The notes: generated from the sequence alone by a model not told the origin. Positions 29,543 through 39,375 are shown, numbered from the stretch's first letter. The stretch: DNA of 64,000 nt from an uncultured Chitinophagaceae bacterium (GCA_964603685.1 CAZRWF010000005.1:2721-66720); one strand, 5' to 3'. Translations and numbers: made by a program.

Positions 29543-30144
29543 GATTCTTTGGGGGGAGGTTTCAGTGTGGAAAATAACAGATGGAAAAAACCGATCCGAT
29601 CCGACAGCGCGTCGATCGGTCCATTGTTGGTGATCTGAAAATCGGACAATTCCAGCATTTCATCCGCGGAGATTTGGTTTTTCATTCTTGCCAGGACTGA
29701 TTCGGCGGTGACGTTATCCCGTTTGCTCACCCGGCTGATACGCAATTCTTCCTCCGCCAACACCGCAAGGACATAATCGACCTGTTGAAACATCCCGGAC
29801 TCGAACAACAACGCCGCTTCTACCATTGCATACTTACCGGCGTGCTGCCGTTTTTTCCATTCCGTGAACCGCTCGAAAACTTTGGGATGGATAATGGAAT
29901 TCAGGAGTGCCAGTTGATCCGGATCTGAAAAGACAACGGCGGCCAGTTTTTTTCTGTCGATCGTCCGTTCATCCGACAAAATCGTTTCACCGAAAGCCGC
30001 AACAATCTCCCCGAATGCTTCACCGTCGGATATCTCTTTCGCAACGGCATCCGCATTGAAGATACTGGTCCCCTTTTTTTCGAAGAGAGCACAGACCGTC
30101 GATTTTCCGCTGCCGATTCCGCCAGTAACGCCGATAACGACCAT
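29539..30144 (-). CDS. coaE: Dephospho-CoA kinase
   Basis: P-loop VIGVTGGIGSGKSTV; 201 aa. Confidence 0.9.
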   Translation of the reverse strand: MVVIGVTGGIGSGKSTVCALFEKKGTSIFNADAVAKEISDGEAFGEIVAAFGETILSDERTIDRKKLAAVVFSDPDQLALLNSIIHPKVFERFTEWKKRQHAGKYAMVEAALLFESGMFQQVDYVLAVLAEEELRISRVSKRDNVTAESVLARMKNQISADEMLELSDFQITNNGPIDALSDRIGFFHLLFSTLKPPPKES

Positions 30145-30153
30145 GCCGTTCCT

Positions 30154-31713
30154 TTATTTAGCGAAGGAGACTGAACGGACTTCCCGGATCACGACCACTT
30201 TGATCTGTCCGGGATATTCCATTTCTTGCTGGATCTTACGGGCGATGTCGTGTGCCAATTGATCGGCTTGTGCATCATCCACTTTATCGTGTTCCACAAT
30301 CACGCGGATCTCGCGTCCTGCCTGGATGGCGTACGTGGCAGAAACTCCTTTAAATGATTTGGCGATCTCTTCGAGTTTTTCCAGTCTTTTTGCATAGCCT
30401 TCTACCGATTCCCTCCGTGCTCCGGGGCGTGCACCGCTGATGGAATCGGCCGCCTGCACCAGTGCTGCAATCGGATGTTCCATCGGAATGTCATCATGGT
30501 GCGCACCAACGGCGTTTACCACAATCGCATGTTCGTTGTATTTGCGAGTCATTTCCAATCCGATGATGGCATGCGGACCTTCGATACTGCGGTCGGCCGT
30601 TTTTCCGATATCGTGCAGCAACCCTGCCCGTTTAGCCAAATTGACATCAATGCCCAGTTCCGCCGCCATCACGCCGCACAAATAGGCCACTTCGATGCTG
30701 TGCTGCAGCAAATTTTGACCGTAACTCGTCCGGTACTTCATTTTGCCGATATGTTTGATAATCTCGGCATGGGCTCCGGGAAGTCCTACTTCAAGTAAAG
30801 TATTCTCACCGACACGCAGCACCTCCTCCTCAAGTTCCGCTTTCACCTTCTCCACCACTTCTTCAATCCTTGCAGGGTGGATCCGACCGTCCGCGATAAG
30901 GCGCTCCAAAGATACTCGTGCAACTTCTCGCCGAAACGCGTCAAATCCCGACAGGATAACAGCTTCCGGCGTGTCATCGACGATAACATCTACCCCGGTG
31001 GCCGCTTCGAATGCACGGATATTTCTCCCTTCCCGGCCGATGATGCGCCCTTTCATCTCGTCCCCCTGGATCTGCAGAACGCTGACGGTGGTTTCGACCG
31101 CATGATCCGCTGCCGAGCGCTGAATTGCTTGAACGATCACTTTTTGCGCCTCCCGTTTGGCCTCTTCCTTCACTTTGTCGCGGATATCCTTGAGGGTCTG
31201 CGATGCTTCCGTTTTGACGGAATCGATCAGGTTATCGAGGAGCAATTTCCGCGCTTCTTCGCGGGACATTCCCGACGCCCGTTCCAGGCGGACATTTTCT
31301 TCGCTGATCATTTTTTCCAGGTCCGCCGATTTTTGATGGAGATCTGCCGCCTTGGCTTCGTTCTGTTTTTGCTGCGCCTGGACCTCTTTTTCTTTTTTAT
31401 TCAGCAATTCCACTTTCCGGTCGATGTTTTCTTCCCGGGAATCGAGCTGCTTTTCGTATGCCTGCAGTTTATTTCGTTTTTGATTCGCTTCGTTCTCGAA
31501 TTCATGCTTTTTTTTGTACCATTCATCCTTTACTTCGAGCAGTTTTTCTTTGTGCACCGCAGCGGCATCCCGTTCCGCATCCGCGACGATCTTTTTCGCA
31601 CGTTCTTCGGCGGACACAATTTTTCCCTTCCCGATCGACGATGTTACAAACCACCCGGCGGCAAACCCCGCACCGGCGGCGGCCACGACAATGATAATCA
31701 CTTGCAATTCCAT
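30154..31713 (-). CDS. rny: Ribonuclease Y
   Basis: N-terminal TM helix, coiled coil, KH domain (GRIIGREGRNIRAFE) and HD domain (LLHDIGK). Confidence 0.92.
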   Translation of the reverse strand: MELQVIIIVVAAAGAGFAAGWFVTSSIGKGKIVSAEERAKKIVADAERDAAAVHKEKLLEVKDEWYKKKHEFENEANQKRNKLQAYEKQLDSREENIDRKVELLNKKEKEVQAQQKQNEAKAADLHQKSADLEKMISEENVRLERASGMSREEARKLLLDNLIDSVKTEASQTLKDIRDKVKEEAKREAQKVIVQAIQRSAADHAVETTVSVLQIQGDEMKGRIIGREGRNIRAFEAATGVDVIVDDTPEAVILSGFDAFRREVARVSLERLIADGRIHPARIEEVVEKVKAELEEEVLRVGENTLLEVGLPGAHAEIIKHIGKMKYRTSYGQNLLQHSIEVAYLCGVMAAELGIDVNLAKRAGLLHDIGKTADRSIEGPHAIIGLEMTRKYNEHAIVVNAVGAHHDDIPMEHPIAALVQAADSISGARPGARRESVEGYAKRLEKLEEIAKSFKGVSATYAIQAGREIRVIVEHDKVDDAQADQLAHDIARKIQQEMEYPGQIKVVVIREVRSVSFAK

Positions 31714-31727
31714 ACGGACTCCGATTT

Positions 31728-31926
31728 AAAATAAAAAACCCGCGTATCAACCGCAGACAAGTGTTGAAAGAACCCTCTTTCATAACACGGTGGGGGCCGC
31801 CAAATCGTTTCTTACTTCCACTGTTTGCTATTCCGCCGAAGCGGACAACCCGAAGGCTTTTGCAATGTCCGGACCGAAATCCGGATGAGGCCTGTAATAT
31901 TACGCTTGTGAGCTGAGCTCCCTATA
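31728..31926 (-). ncRNA. Candidate structured small RNA of about 200 nt (possibly 6S/SsrS-like) between zapA and rny
   Basis: The 289-nt gap has no credible ORF. Minus-strand elements: a promoter-like TAGACA, 16 nt, TATAGT (31933-31960); hairpins UCCGGA-UUUCGG-UCCGGA, two UUCG tetraloop stems (AGCC-UUCG-GGUU and UCCGC-UUCG-GCGGA) and GAAAG-AGGGUU-CUUUC; and a terminator CUGCG-GUUGAUA-CGCGG plus UUUUUUAUUUU (31728-31757). Placing a 6S RNA downstream of zapA matches E. coli synteny. No covariance model was run. Confidence 0.35.
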
Positions 31927-32002
31927 AATAAAACTATAGGTTCTTTATTTATATTGTCTATGGCTGACAGTGCGGGTATACTGTGTTGGACTCTCCTTCT
32001 CT

Positions 32003-32296
32003 TTACGATTCTGTGCTGTTGATGCTCGTATCAAGATAATTCGTGATTTTCGACAATTCATATCCCAATGTTGATACGAGCTGTGATCCCTTTTCTTTTT
32101 CCTTATAAAGGTCTTCAGTGATGTTCAGCGCAGCGAGGACGGAAATAGTGAGCGGCGGCTGCTCCGGGATCTTGTCGTGCACGCTGTTGATCATCGCGTC
32201 GACATGATTGGCAACCTTTTTAGTGAACTCTTCGCTTTCTCCGCGAAGAGGATATTCGGAACCGAATATTTTAACACGAACGCTTTTTCTGTCCAT
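32003..32296 (-). CDS. zapA: Cell division protein ZapA
   Basis: 97 aa; the VRVKIFGSEYPLRGE... pattern plus a C-terminal coiled coil. Confidence 0.8.
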   Translation of the reverse strand: MDRKSVRVKIFGSEYPLRGESEEFTKKVANHVDAMINSVHDKIPEQPPLTISVLAALNITEDLYKEKEKGSQLVSTLGYELSKITNYLDTSINSTES

Positions 32297-32344
32297 AGGT
32301 CGTAAAAAGAGGGTGAGTTTCTGTCAGCCGATAAAAACTTTCCC

Positions 32345-32692
32345 TTAAGGTGCTAAATATTGATCCAATTTCGAGAGGACGTTCCTCAATCGTTGCTGGA
32401 GTTGCCGTTTTTCTTCCGCATCCAAGTTCACCGCCTGTTTTGCCGTCGCCGCACCGGAATGTAATTCCTGCGTTAACGCATCGATCCGGGTTTGGCGCAG
32501 CAGCACCTCCTGTTTGGCGAGATGAAGTTCCTCTTCCAACTCTTCGATCTTCATCGAAAGACGTTTTCGTTCTTCCCGCAAGGTGGAGATCAAGAGCGAT
32601 GCTTCACGCGCTTTGTCCCATAAGGACGCCAGCGCATTCTCCACACTGTTCACGGCATCCGATGTTTCTTGTTCGATATTCTGATCCACCAT
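32345..32692 (-). CDS. Coiled-coil protein (ZapB-like cell-division-associated protein, tentative)
   Basis: 115 aa with heptad-rich sequence (KIEELEEELHLAKQEVLLRQTRIDALTQEL). Sits directly upstream of zapA. Confidence 0.5.
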   Translation of the reverse strand: MVDQNIEQETSDAVNSVENALASLWDKAREASLLISTLREERKRLSMKIEELEEELHLAKQEVLLRQTRIDALTQELHSGAATAKQAVNLDAEEKRQLQQRLRNVLSKLDQYLAP

Positions 32693-35127
32693 TATATGCT
32701 TCTCAGCGCTGCGTCAAAAGTTTTGTTCACGGTGTGCGACACGTTCATTATCAATGTATCGATCTCGGAATCTTTAAGAGTTTTTTCCGCGGAGTTGATG
32801 CTCACGGAAAACGCGATACTTTTTTTCCCCTCCCCGATCGATGCACCTTCAAACAGATCGAAGACTCGAACGCCGGTGATCAATACCGGATCAACCGACT
32901 GAATTTTTTTCACCATATCTCCCGCACGGACGGTCGACGGAACGACAAATGCCAAATCACGAACAACCGTCGGGAATTTTGAGACCGGCGTATACCGCTT
33001 AACCCGCTCCAAACCCGTCACTACACCAAGATCGATCTCGGCATAAAACACTTCCTTCTCGATCTTGAACTTCTTTAAGACTTTCGGCACACACCGTCCG
33101 ATAAAACCGACATAAGTGTTATTGATTTCAATGCCTATCGTCAATTCAGTTAAAGAAGTTGGTGCATTGTAATAAATTAAATCGCTATTGTCAAGACCAA
33201 TACAGGCGAGTAATTGTTGAACAGCCCCTTTCAAATCGAAGATATCCACTGCTCTTTCTTTTTCACACCAATTCTGCTGAACGGAATTGCCGGAAAACAG
33301 CAGTCCTAGAACTTGTTTTTCATCGACGCCCGGAACGACCGTTCGGGAGGAGGGGTCACCGGAATTTGCAAATGTTGTTCCGATCTCGAAGATTTGCACT
33401 CGCTCCGCACCGTGATTGTAGTTATAGGCGACAGCCGAAAGCATGGTGGACAGCAACGACGGCCGGAGCACCTCCAATTCCACGCTGAGAGGATTTTTCA
33501 CTTTGAGCGGGGCGGAAGTGAATAATTCACCGGTCGGAACATCGATGAGGCTGTTCGATAAAATTTCGTTCCAACCGTTCGATTCACACCAATAACGAAG
33601 CGCAGTGATTTTTTGCTCTGTCGCGGATGGGGGCGTAAAGACGACATTGCCCGATGATTTGTTTTCGATGTTGTCGTAGCCGTATAACCGCGCCACTTCT
33701 TCGATCAAATCGATCTCTTGTTCGATATCCGGTCGAAAGGTCGGAACAGAACAGACAAAGGCATCTCCGGTCCGATCACCGTCGATCTTCATGCCGACGG
33801 CGGCGAGAAGCCGGATGATCTGTTGTGACGATAAAGATGTTCCCAAAATATCGTTTACACGGGACGTGCGAACGGAAATTTTCCGTTCGGCAATAGGATG
33901 AGGATAGACATCCACGATCCCGTCGGCGATCGTACCTCCTGTCAATTCTGCGATCAGTTCCGCCGCACGCAGCGAAGCCGCGGCGGTCATGTTCGGATCG
34001 ACACCTCGTTCAAACCGGTACGAGGCATCGGTGCTGATCCCCAATCGTTTGGACGTTTTGCGGATACTCGTCGGAGAAAAATATGCCGCTTCCAAGACAA
34101 CGGTAACCGTGGCGGGAGAAATTTCCGAATTCTCTCCTCCCATCACTCCGCCGATGGCGATCGATCGTTTTCCGTCGCAGATCATCAACTCCGTTCCGGC
34201 AAGCTGATGTTTTTTTCCATCCAACGTTACGAACGATTCTCCGGCCGCGGCACTTTTGACAATGATCTTTTTATCGGCGATCCTGTCATAATCGAATGCG
34301 TGAAGCGGCTGGCCGTACTCGAGCATCACAAAATTTGTCACATCGACCACCGCATTGATCGGTCGAAGACCCGCTGCCGTTATGGCCTGTTTCAACCATT
34401 CGGGAGATTCCTGCACTTTTACATTGTCGATGATCCGGGCGGTATACCGAGGACAATCCTCCGCATTTTCCAACCGGACGGAGATTCGATCCGCCGTTGC
34501 CGGAGTGGTCCCCTTTTTTCCATTGCCGGAGGGAATCTGAAGTTGTTTGTCATAAGCTGCCGCAAGATCGCGGGCAACTCCGATATGTCCGAGACAATCG
34601 GGGCGATTCGGCGTGATACCAATCTCAAAAACTGCATCATTCTCTCCTAAAAATTCCGACAGCGATATTCCGACCGTTGCCGACGGATTGAGCACCATAA
34701 TCCCGCTCCCATCCTCCCCCAATCCCATCTCTTTTGCGGAACAGATCATACCGGAGGATTCCACCCCGCGGATGGTCGCTTTGGAGAGGACAAACGGATT
34801 TCCGGAGGGATCATGTTGATTGTGAGGAACGACTGCACCGACAAGACCGACGATCACCTTTTGACCGGCAGCGACATTCGGTGCACCGCACACGATCGAC
34901 AGCGGGCCGCCGGATTGACCGGTTGACACCGTGCAGACCCGGAGACGGTCCGCATTCGGATGTTTTTCCACGGAAAGGACTTCACCGACCACAAACCGGT
35001 CGAATTTTTTTCCGCGATCCTCCATCGCTTCCACTTCCAGCCCGAGACTCGTTAATTTCTCAGCCACTGCATCGGGGCTTTCCGTTAGATCAATGTAACG
35101 CCGTAACCAATTGTAACTGATACGCAT
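32692..35127 (-). CDS. pheT: Phenylalanine--tRNA ligase beta subunit
   Basis: 811 aa. tRNA-binding N-terminus MRISYNWLRRYIDL, then B3/4, B5 and FDX-ACB regions. Confidence 0.92.
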   Translation of the reverse strand: MRISYNWLRRYIDLTESPDAVAEKLTSLGLEVEAMEDRGKKFDRFVVGEVLSVEKHPNADRLRVCTVSTGQSGGPLSIVCGAPNVAAGQKVIVGLVGAVVPHNQHDPSGNPFVLSKATIRGVESSGMICSAKEMGLGEDGSGIMVLNPSATVGISLSEFLGENDAVFEIGITPNRPDCLGHIGVARDLAAAYDKQLQIPSGNGKKGTTPATADRISVRLENAEDCPRYTARIIDNVKVQESPEWLKQAITAAGLRPINAVVDVTNFVMLEYGQPLHAFDYDRIADKKIIVKSAAAGESFVTLDGKKHQLAGTELMICDGKRSIAIGGVMGGENSEISPATVTVVLEAAYFSPTSIRKTSKRLGISTDASYRFERGVDPNMTAAASLRAAELIAELTGGTIADGIVDVYPHPIAERKISVRTSRVNDILGTSLSSQQIIRLLAAVGMKIDGDRTGDAFVCSVPTFRPDIEQEIDLIEEVARLYGYDNIENKSSGNVVFTPPSATEQKITALRYWCESNGWNEILSNSLIDVPTGELFTSAPLKVKNPLSVELEVLRPSLLSTMLSAVAYNYNHGAERVQIFEIGTTFANSGDPSSRTVVPGVDEKQVLGLLFSGNSVQQNWCEKERAVDIFDLKGAVQQLLACIGLDNSDLIYYNAPTSLTELTIGIEINNTYVGFIGRCVPKVLKKFKIEKEVFYAEIDLGVVTGLERVKRYTPVSKFPTVVRDLAFVVPSTVRAGDMVKKIQSVDPVLITGVRVFDLFEGASIGEGKKSIAFSVSINSAEKTLKDSEIDTLIMNVSHTVNKTFDAALRSI

Positions 35128-35137
35128 ACAGGTTTTA

Positions 35138-36163
35138 TTAAAACTGATTTAGAAATCGCACATCGTTTTCGAAAAAGAGTCGGATATCATCCACTCCATA
35201 CCGTAACAGAGAGATTCTGTCCACACCCATTCCGAACGCAAATCCAGAATATTGCTCCGGATCCAGCGAACAGTTTTTCAAGACATTCGGATGGATCATT
35301 CCGGCCCCTAATACTTCGAGCCAGCCGGTCTGTTTACAGATCCGGCACCCTTTGCCGCTGCAGAGGAAACAGGTGATATCCATTTCCAGACTCGGTTCGG
35401 TAAAAGGGAAATAACTCGGCCGGAAACGGTATTTGATTCCGCTGCCGTAAAAATTTTTTGCGAAAGTGATCAATGTCCCTTTTAAATCGGCAAACGTAAC
35501 ATGCCGGTCGACATATACGCCGTCCACCTGATGAAAGAAGTAATTGCTCCGGGCGCTGACTGCTTCATTTCTGAAGACCCTTCCCGGCATGATCACCCGG
35601 ATCGGCGGCGGGCCTTGCTGCATCACCCGGATTTGGACCGGCGTGGTGTGCGTGCGGAGGACGAGGTCGTCCTTGACAAAAAAGGTATCCTGCATGTCCC
35701 GGGCAGGATGGTGGGGCGCAAAATTCAGTGCTTCAAAATTGTGATAATCATCTTCCACTTCCGGACCATAGGCGATGCCGAAACCCATTGCGACAAAAAT
35801 CGCTTTGATCTCTTCGATGGTGCGGGTGATCGGATGGCGCGTCCCTTTCGGCCGTTCCCGTCCGGGAAGAGTGACATCGACGTCCGGACCGGTGGCAACT
35901 GCCGAGGCGTTCAGTTCATTTTTTTTCGTTTGGTACGATTCTTCGGCAGAGCGTTTCAGGAGATTGATCTGTTGACCGACAAGCGGCTTTTCGCCGGCGG
36001 GGACGGATTTCAGGTCTTCATACAGGGAAGCGATCTTTCCGCTGCGGGAAAGATATTGGATGCGGAAGGTTTCGAGGGATTCGGCGGACGCGATGGCGGG
36101 AAGCGCCGACTCGATTTCCGCACGGATTCCGGAAATTTTTTGATCGAGAGTCATGGATTCCAT
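35138..36163 (-). CDS. pheS: Phenylalanine--tRNA ligase alpha subunit
   Basis: Class II motifs FRPSYFPFTEPS and GFAFGMGVDRI. Confidence 0.92.
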   Translation of the reverse strand: MESMTLDQKISGIRAEIESALPAIASAESLETFRIQYLSRSGKIASLYEDLKSVPAGEKPLVGQQINLLKRSAEESYQTKKNELNASAVATGPDVDVTLPGRERPKGTRHPITRTIEEIKAIFVAMGFGIAYGPEVEDDYHNFEALNFAPHHPARDMQDTFFVKDDLVLRTHTTPVQIRVMQQGPPPIRVIMPGRVFRNEAVSARSNYFFHQVDGVYVDRHVTFADLKGTLITFAKNFYGSGIKYRFRPSYFPFTEPSLEMDITCFLCSGKGCRICKQTGWLEVLGAGMIHPNVLKNCSLDPEQYSGFAFGMGVDRISLLRYGVDDIRLFFENDVRFLNQF

Positions 36164-36171
36164 CTTCTTCT

Positions 36172-36220
36172 AAAAGAAAAAACTCCCCACCGCCGTTGAA
36201 CAACCACGTACGATGGGAAG
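36172..36220 (-). terminator. Terminator/attenuator-like hairpin between rplT and pheS
   Basis: On the minus strand: CUUCCCAUCG...CGGUGGGGAG (10-bp stem with 2 G-U pairs) followed by UUUUUUCUUUU. It ends only 8 nt before the pheS ATG. Confidence 0.55.
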
Positions 36221-36227
36221 TTTTGGA

Positions 36228-36575
36228 TTACGCTTTGACAAAGTTGACGATCTCGGCGAACGCTTCCGGATTATGAACGGCCAATTCCGCCAACACCTTT
36301 CGGTTGATGTTGACCTCTTTTTTGTTCAAACCGGAGATCAGTTTCGAATAGGTGATACCGTGCAACCGGGCGGCGGCGTTGATCCGCGCGATCCATAATT
36401 GCCGGTAGGTCCGTTTTTTTGCTTTACGATCGCGATACGCATATTGCATCCCTTTGTCCAAGTGATGCTTTGCGATGGTGATCAGCTTGCTTCTCGCACC
36501 CCAGTAACCTTTCGCTTGCGCCAAAATGCGCTTGCGACGGCGATGGGAGGCAACTTTATTCTGCGAACGAGGCAT
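36228..36575 (-). CDS. rplT: 50S ribosomal protein L20
   Basis: [29 protein letters not shown]... Confidence 0.95.
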   Translation of the reverse strand: MPRSQNKVASHRRRKRILAQAKGYWGARSKLITIAKHHLDKGMQYAYRDRKAKKRTYRQLWIARINAAARLHGITYSKLISGLNKKEVNINRKVLAELAVHNPEAFAEIVNFVKA

Positions 36576-36625
36576 CGTTGCTCTTCTCCTTTAGTGATGA
36601 TAGTGAATGGAACGGTGAATGAAAC

Positions 36626-36817
36626 TTACAACAACAACATTTTGATCTTCTTCGCATCGGCTTTGGAGACGAGTCCCGGTTTCCGGAGACGGCGTTTCCG
36701 TTTCGTGGTTTTGCTCGTCAGAATGTGGCGGCGGTTCATTTTCCGCCGTTTGATCTTGCCGGTCGCGGTGACGCCGAATGTTTTCCGGGCGCTGCGATGC
36801 GATTTCATTTTTGGCAT
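36626..36817 (-). CDS. rpmI: 50S ribosomal protein L35
   Basis: [31 protein letters not shown]... Confidence 0.9.
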   Translation of the reverse strand: MPKMKSHRSARKTFGVTATGKIKRRKMNRRHILTSKTTKRKRRLRKPGLVSKADAKKIKMLLL

Positions 36818-36832
36818 ATACGGTACCTTCGT

Positions 36833-37405
36833 TTATGATTGTGCTTTTGCTTTTTCTTTCTCTTTTTCCAGTTTTTCTATCCGTGCTTTCGCCGTTTTGT
36901 CCGGCGTAAAGATCATGATCATATAACGTCCTTCCATCTTCGCCGGCTGGTCCACTTTCGAATACATCGCCAGCCGTTCCGTCAACCGGTTCAACAGATC
37001 TTCCCCCAGCTCTTTATAGGCCACTTCGCGTCCTTTGAAGATCACGGTCGCCTTCACTTTGTCCCCCTCTTCCAGGAATTTGATGGCGTGTTTCGTCTTG
37101 AACTCAAAATCATGCGTGTCCGTATTCGGATGGAAGCGCAATTCTTTCAGCTGGGACACATGCTGATGTTTTTTCTGCAGCTTCTCTTTTTTCTGCAGTT
37201 CGTACTTGAACTTGCCGAAATCCATGATCTTGCAGACGGGAGGAACGGCCGTCGGGACGACTTCGATCAGGTCCTTCCCTTTTTGCACCGCAATGGCCAA
37301 TGCTTCTTTCGGGGACATGACGCCTAATTGCCCGCCGCCATCTTCGATCACGCGGATGGAATCTCCGCGAATCTCTTCGTTAATCCGAGGTCGCTTTTCT
37401 TTAAT
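36833..37405 (-). CDS. infC: Translation initiation factor IF-3, with a predicted ATT start codon
   Basis: The conserved N-terminus (I)KEKRPRINEEIRGDSIRVIEDGGGQLGVM extends upstream of the tracked GTG. An in-frame ATT at 37405-37403 lies 7 nt after AGGAGA. Non-AUG starts are the rule for infC. Confidence 0.88.
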   Translation of the reverse strand: MKEKRPRINEEIRGDSIRVIEDGGGQLGVMSPKEALAIAVQKGKDLIEVVPTAVPPVCKIMDFGKFKYELQKKEKLQKKHQHVSQLKELRFHPNTDTHDFEFKTKHAIKFLEEGDKVKATVIFKGREVAYKELGEDLLNRLTERLAMYSKVDQPAKMEGRYMIMIFTPDKTAKARIEKLEKEKEKAKAQS

Positions 37406-37446
37406 AAGAATTTCTCCTGTTGTTATAAAAAGAGTGAGTCAATATA

Positions 37447-39363
37447 CTACTTTTCTTGCAATATTTTTTCGATAATTTGCGCCACACCCATCGCCCCGAG
37501 ATCACCCTGTTTGTGACGCCGGACGGAGACTGCGTCGGCCCCCTTTTCCTTTTCGCCGACAACGAGCATGTACGGGATCTTTTTCACTTCATGTTCGCGG
37601 ATTTTATAACCGATCTTTTCGTTCCGGGTATCCGCTTCCACGCGAATACCGGCGGCGGTAAGCCGCGACACCACCGACCGGGCAAATTCATTCTGCGCAT
37701 CGGTAATCGGCAAAACGACCGCTTGAACGGGCGCAAGCCAGAGCGGGAAATCCCCCGCATAATGTTCGATCAAAATGGACATAAAACGCTCCATAGAACC
37801 GAACGGAGCGCGGTGAATAATCACCGGACGGTGTTTATTGCCGTCGCTGCCGATATATTCCAAGCCAAACCGTTCCGGCATCACATAATCCACCTGCACG
37901 GTGCCGAGCTGCCATTGTCGTCCCAATGCGTCTTTGACGATAAAATCAAACTTCGGTCCGTAGAATGCCGCCTCTCCCGTTCCGATAAAATAGTCGAGTT
38001 TCATTTCATCGGCCACTTCTCGGATCTCCCGTTCGGCCTGGTCCCACATCTCCGGCGCCCCCGCATATTTCGCGGGATTGTTCGGATCACGGAACGACAG
38101 GCGGGTCTTCACCGGCATGCCGAACGTCGTGAATACGAGCTGCGTCAACTCAATGGCATTAATCAACTCGCTCTTCAGTTGATCGTGCGTACAATAGATG
38201 TGCGCATCATCCTGCGTAAAGCCGCGCACCCGGGTTAATCCGGTCAATTCGCCGGACTGTTCGTACCGGTATACAGTGCCGAATTCCGCAAGGCGGACCG
38301 GCAGGTCGCGGTAGGAGCGCGGTTTACTCGAATAGATCTGATGATGATGAGGACAGTTCATCGGTTTCAGAACATATTCCTCTTCTTCCACTTTCATCGG
38401 CGCATATTGCGACTCGGCATAATAGGGATAATGTCCGCTCGTCCGATAAAGATTCAAATTGCCGATATGCGGAGTGATTACTTCGGTATATCCCCGCTTT
38501 ACCAATTCCGATTTGATGAACTCTTCCAGTTTCCGTCGAACGATGGTTCCTTTGGGGAGCCAGATCGGCAGTCCGCTCCCGACATTCGGCGAGATCATGA
38601 ACAATTCGAGTTCCACACCGAGTTTTCGGTGATCGCGGCGTTTCGCCTCTTCGATGCGGAAGAGATAATCGTCCAATTCCTGTTTGGTGGGAAACGTGAT
38701 GCCGTAGATCCGCTGAAGCATCTTGTTCTTTTCGCTCCCGCGCCAATACGCACCTGCGATGCTCAACAATTTGACGAACTTCAGCTTTCCGGTGGAGGGA
38801 ATGTGGGGACCGTAACAGAGATCCGTAAAATTTCCCTGATGATACATACTGATCTGCTGTCCTTTAAAATCTTCCAGCAGTTCCAACTTGTACGGATCAC
38901 CTTTTTTGGTGAAGTACGCGTATGCTTCATCCCACGAAACTTCTTTACGTTCGAACGGCACATCCCGTTTGAACAATTCAGCCATCTTCTCTTCCAGGGA
39001 TTTCAGATCGTCCGCCGTCAGCGAATGATCCCCCATGTCGATGTCATAATAAAATCCGTTTTCGATCGGCGGGCCGATGCCGAATTTCGTTCCGGGAAAC
39101 ACCGCTTCGATTGCCTCTGCCATCACATGGGCGGAACTGTGCCAATACGTCGACTTCCCTTCATCGTTTTCCCAGGTGAGAATCTTGATCGATGCGTCGC
39201 TCGTAATCGGACGGCTGAGATCCCACACGGCGTTGTTCACCGAAATCGCAAGCGCTTTTTTTGCGAGAGAATTGCTGATTCCTTCGGTAATCTGCGCTCC
39301 GGTAATTCCCTGCGGGAATTCTTTGGATGCTCCGTCCGGAAATGTAATTTTTATTGAGGACAT
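37447..39363 (-). CDS. thrS: Threonine--tRNA ligase
   Basis: TGS N-terminus MSSIKITFPDG, an editing domain, the class II core (HRDHRKLG, MNCPHH) and an anticodon-binding domain. Start trimmed to 39363. Confidence 0.92.
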   Translation of the reverse strand: MSSIKITFPDGASKEFPQGITGAQITEGISNSLAKKALAISVNNAVWDLSRPITSDASIKILTWENDEGKSTYWHSSAHVMAEAIEAVFPGTKFGIGPPIENGFYYDIDMGDHSLTADDLKSLEEKMAELFKRDVPFERKEVSWDEAYAYFTKKGDPYKLELLEDFKGQQISMYHQGNFTDLCYGPHIPSTGKLKFVKLLSIAGAYWRGSEKNKMLQRIYGITFPTKQELDDYLFRIEEAKRRDHRKLGVELELFMISPNVGSGLPIWLPKGTIVRRKLEEFIKSELVKRGYTEVITPHIGNLNLYRTSGHYPYYAESQYAPMKVEEEEYVLKPMNCPHHHQIYSSKPRSYRDLPVRLAEFGTVYRYEQSGELTGLTRVRGFTQDDAHIYCTHDQLKSELINAIELTQLVFTTFGMPVKTRLSFRDPNNPAKYAGAPEMWDQAEREIREVADEMKLDYFIGTGEAAFYGPKFDFIVKDALGRQWQLGTVQVDYVMPERFGLEYIGSDGNKHRPVIIHRAPFGSMERFMSILIEHYAGDFPLWLAPVQAVVLPITDAQNEFARSVVSRLTAAGIRVEADTRNEKIGYKIREHEVKKIPYMLVVGEKEKGADAVSVRRHKQGDLGAMGVAQIIEKILQEK

Positions 39364-39375
39364 CGATTCTATACC

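Noticed and set aside
31523-31783. An 86-aa minus-strand ORF overlapping the rny start and the zapA-rny spacer.
   Set aside because: It is out of frame over the well-supported rny N-terminus, has a Cys/Arg-rich nonsense composition and overlaps the predicted terminator hairpin.
31921-31940. The hairpin CCTATA-AATAAAAC-TATAGG followed by a T-rich run on the plus strand, considered as a plus-strand terminator.
   Set aside because: There is no plus-strand gene to terminate. The AT-rich segment is better explained as the -10 region of the minus-strand promoter proposed for the sRNA candidate.
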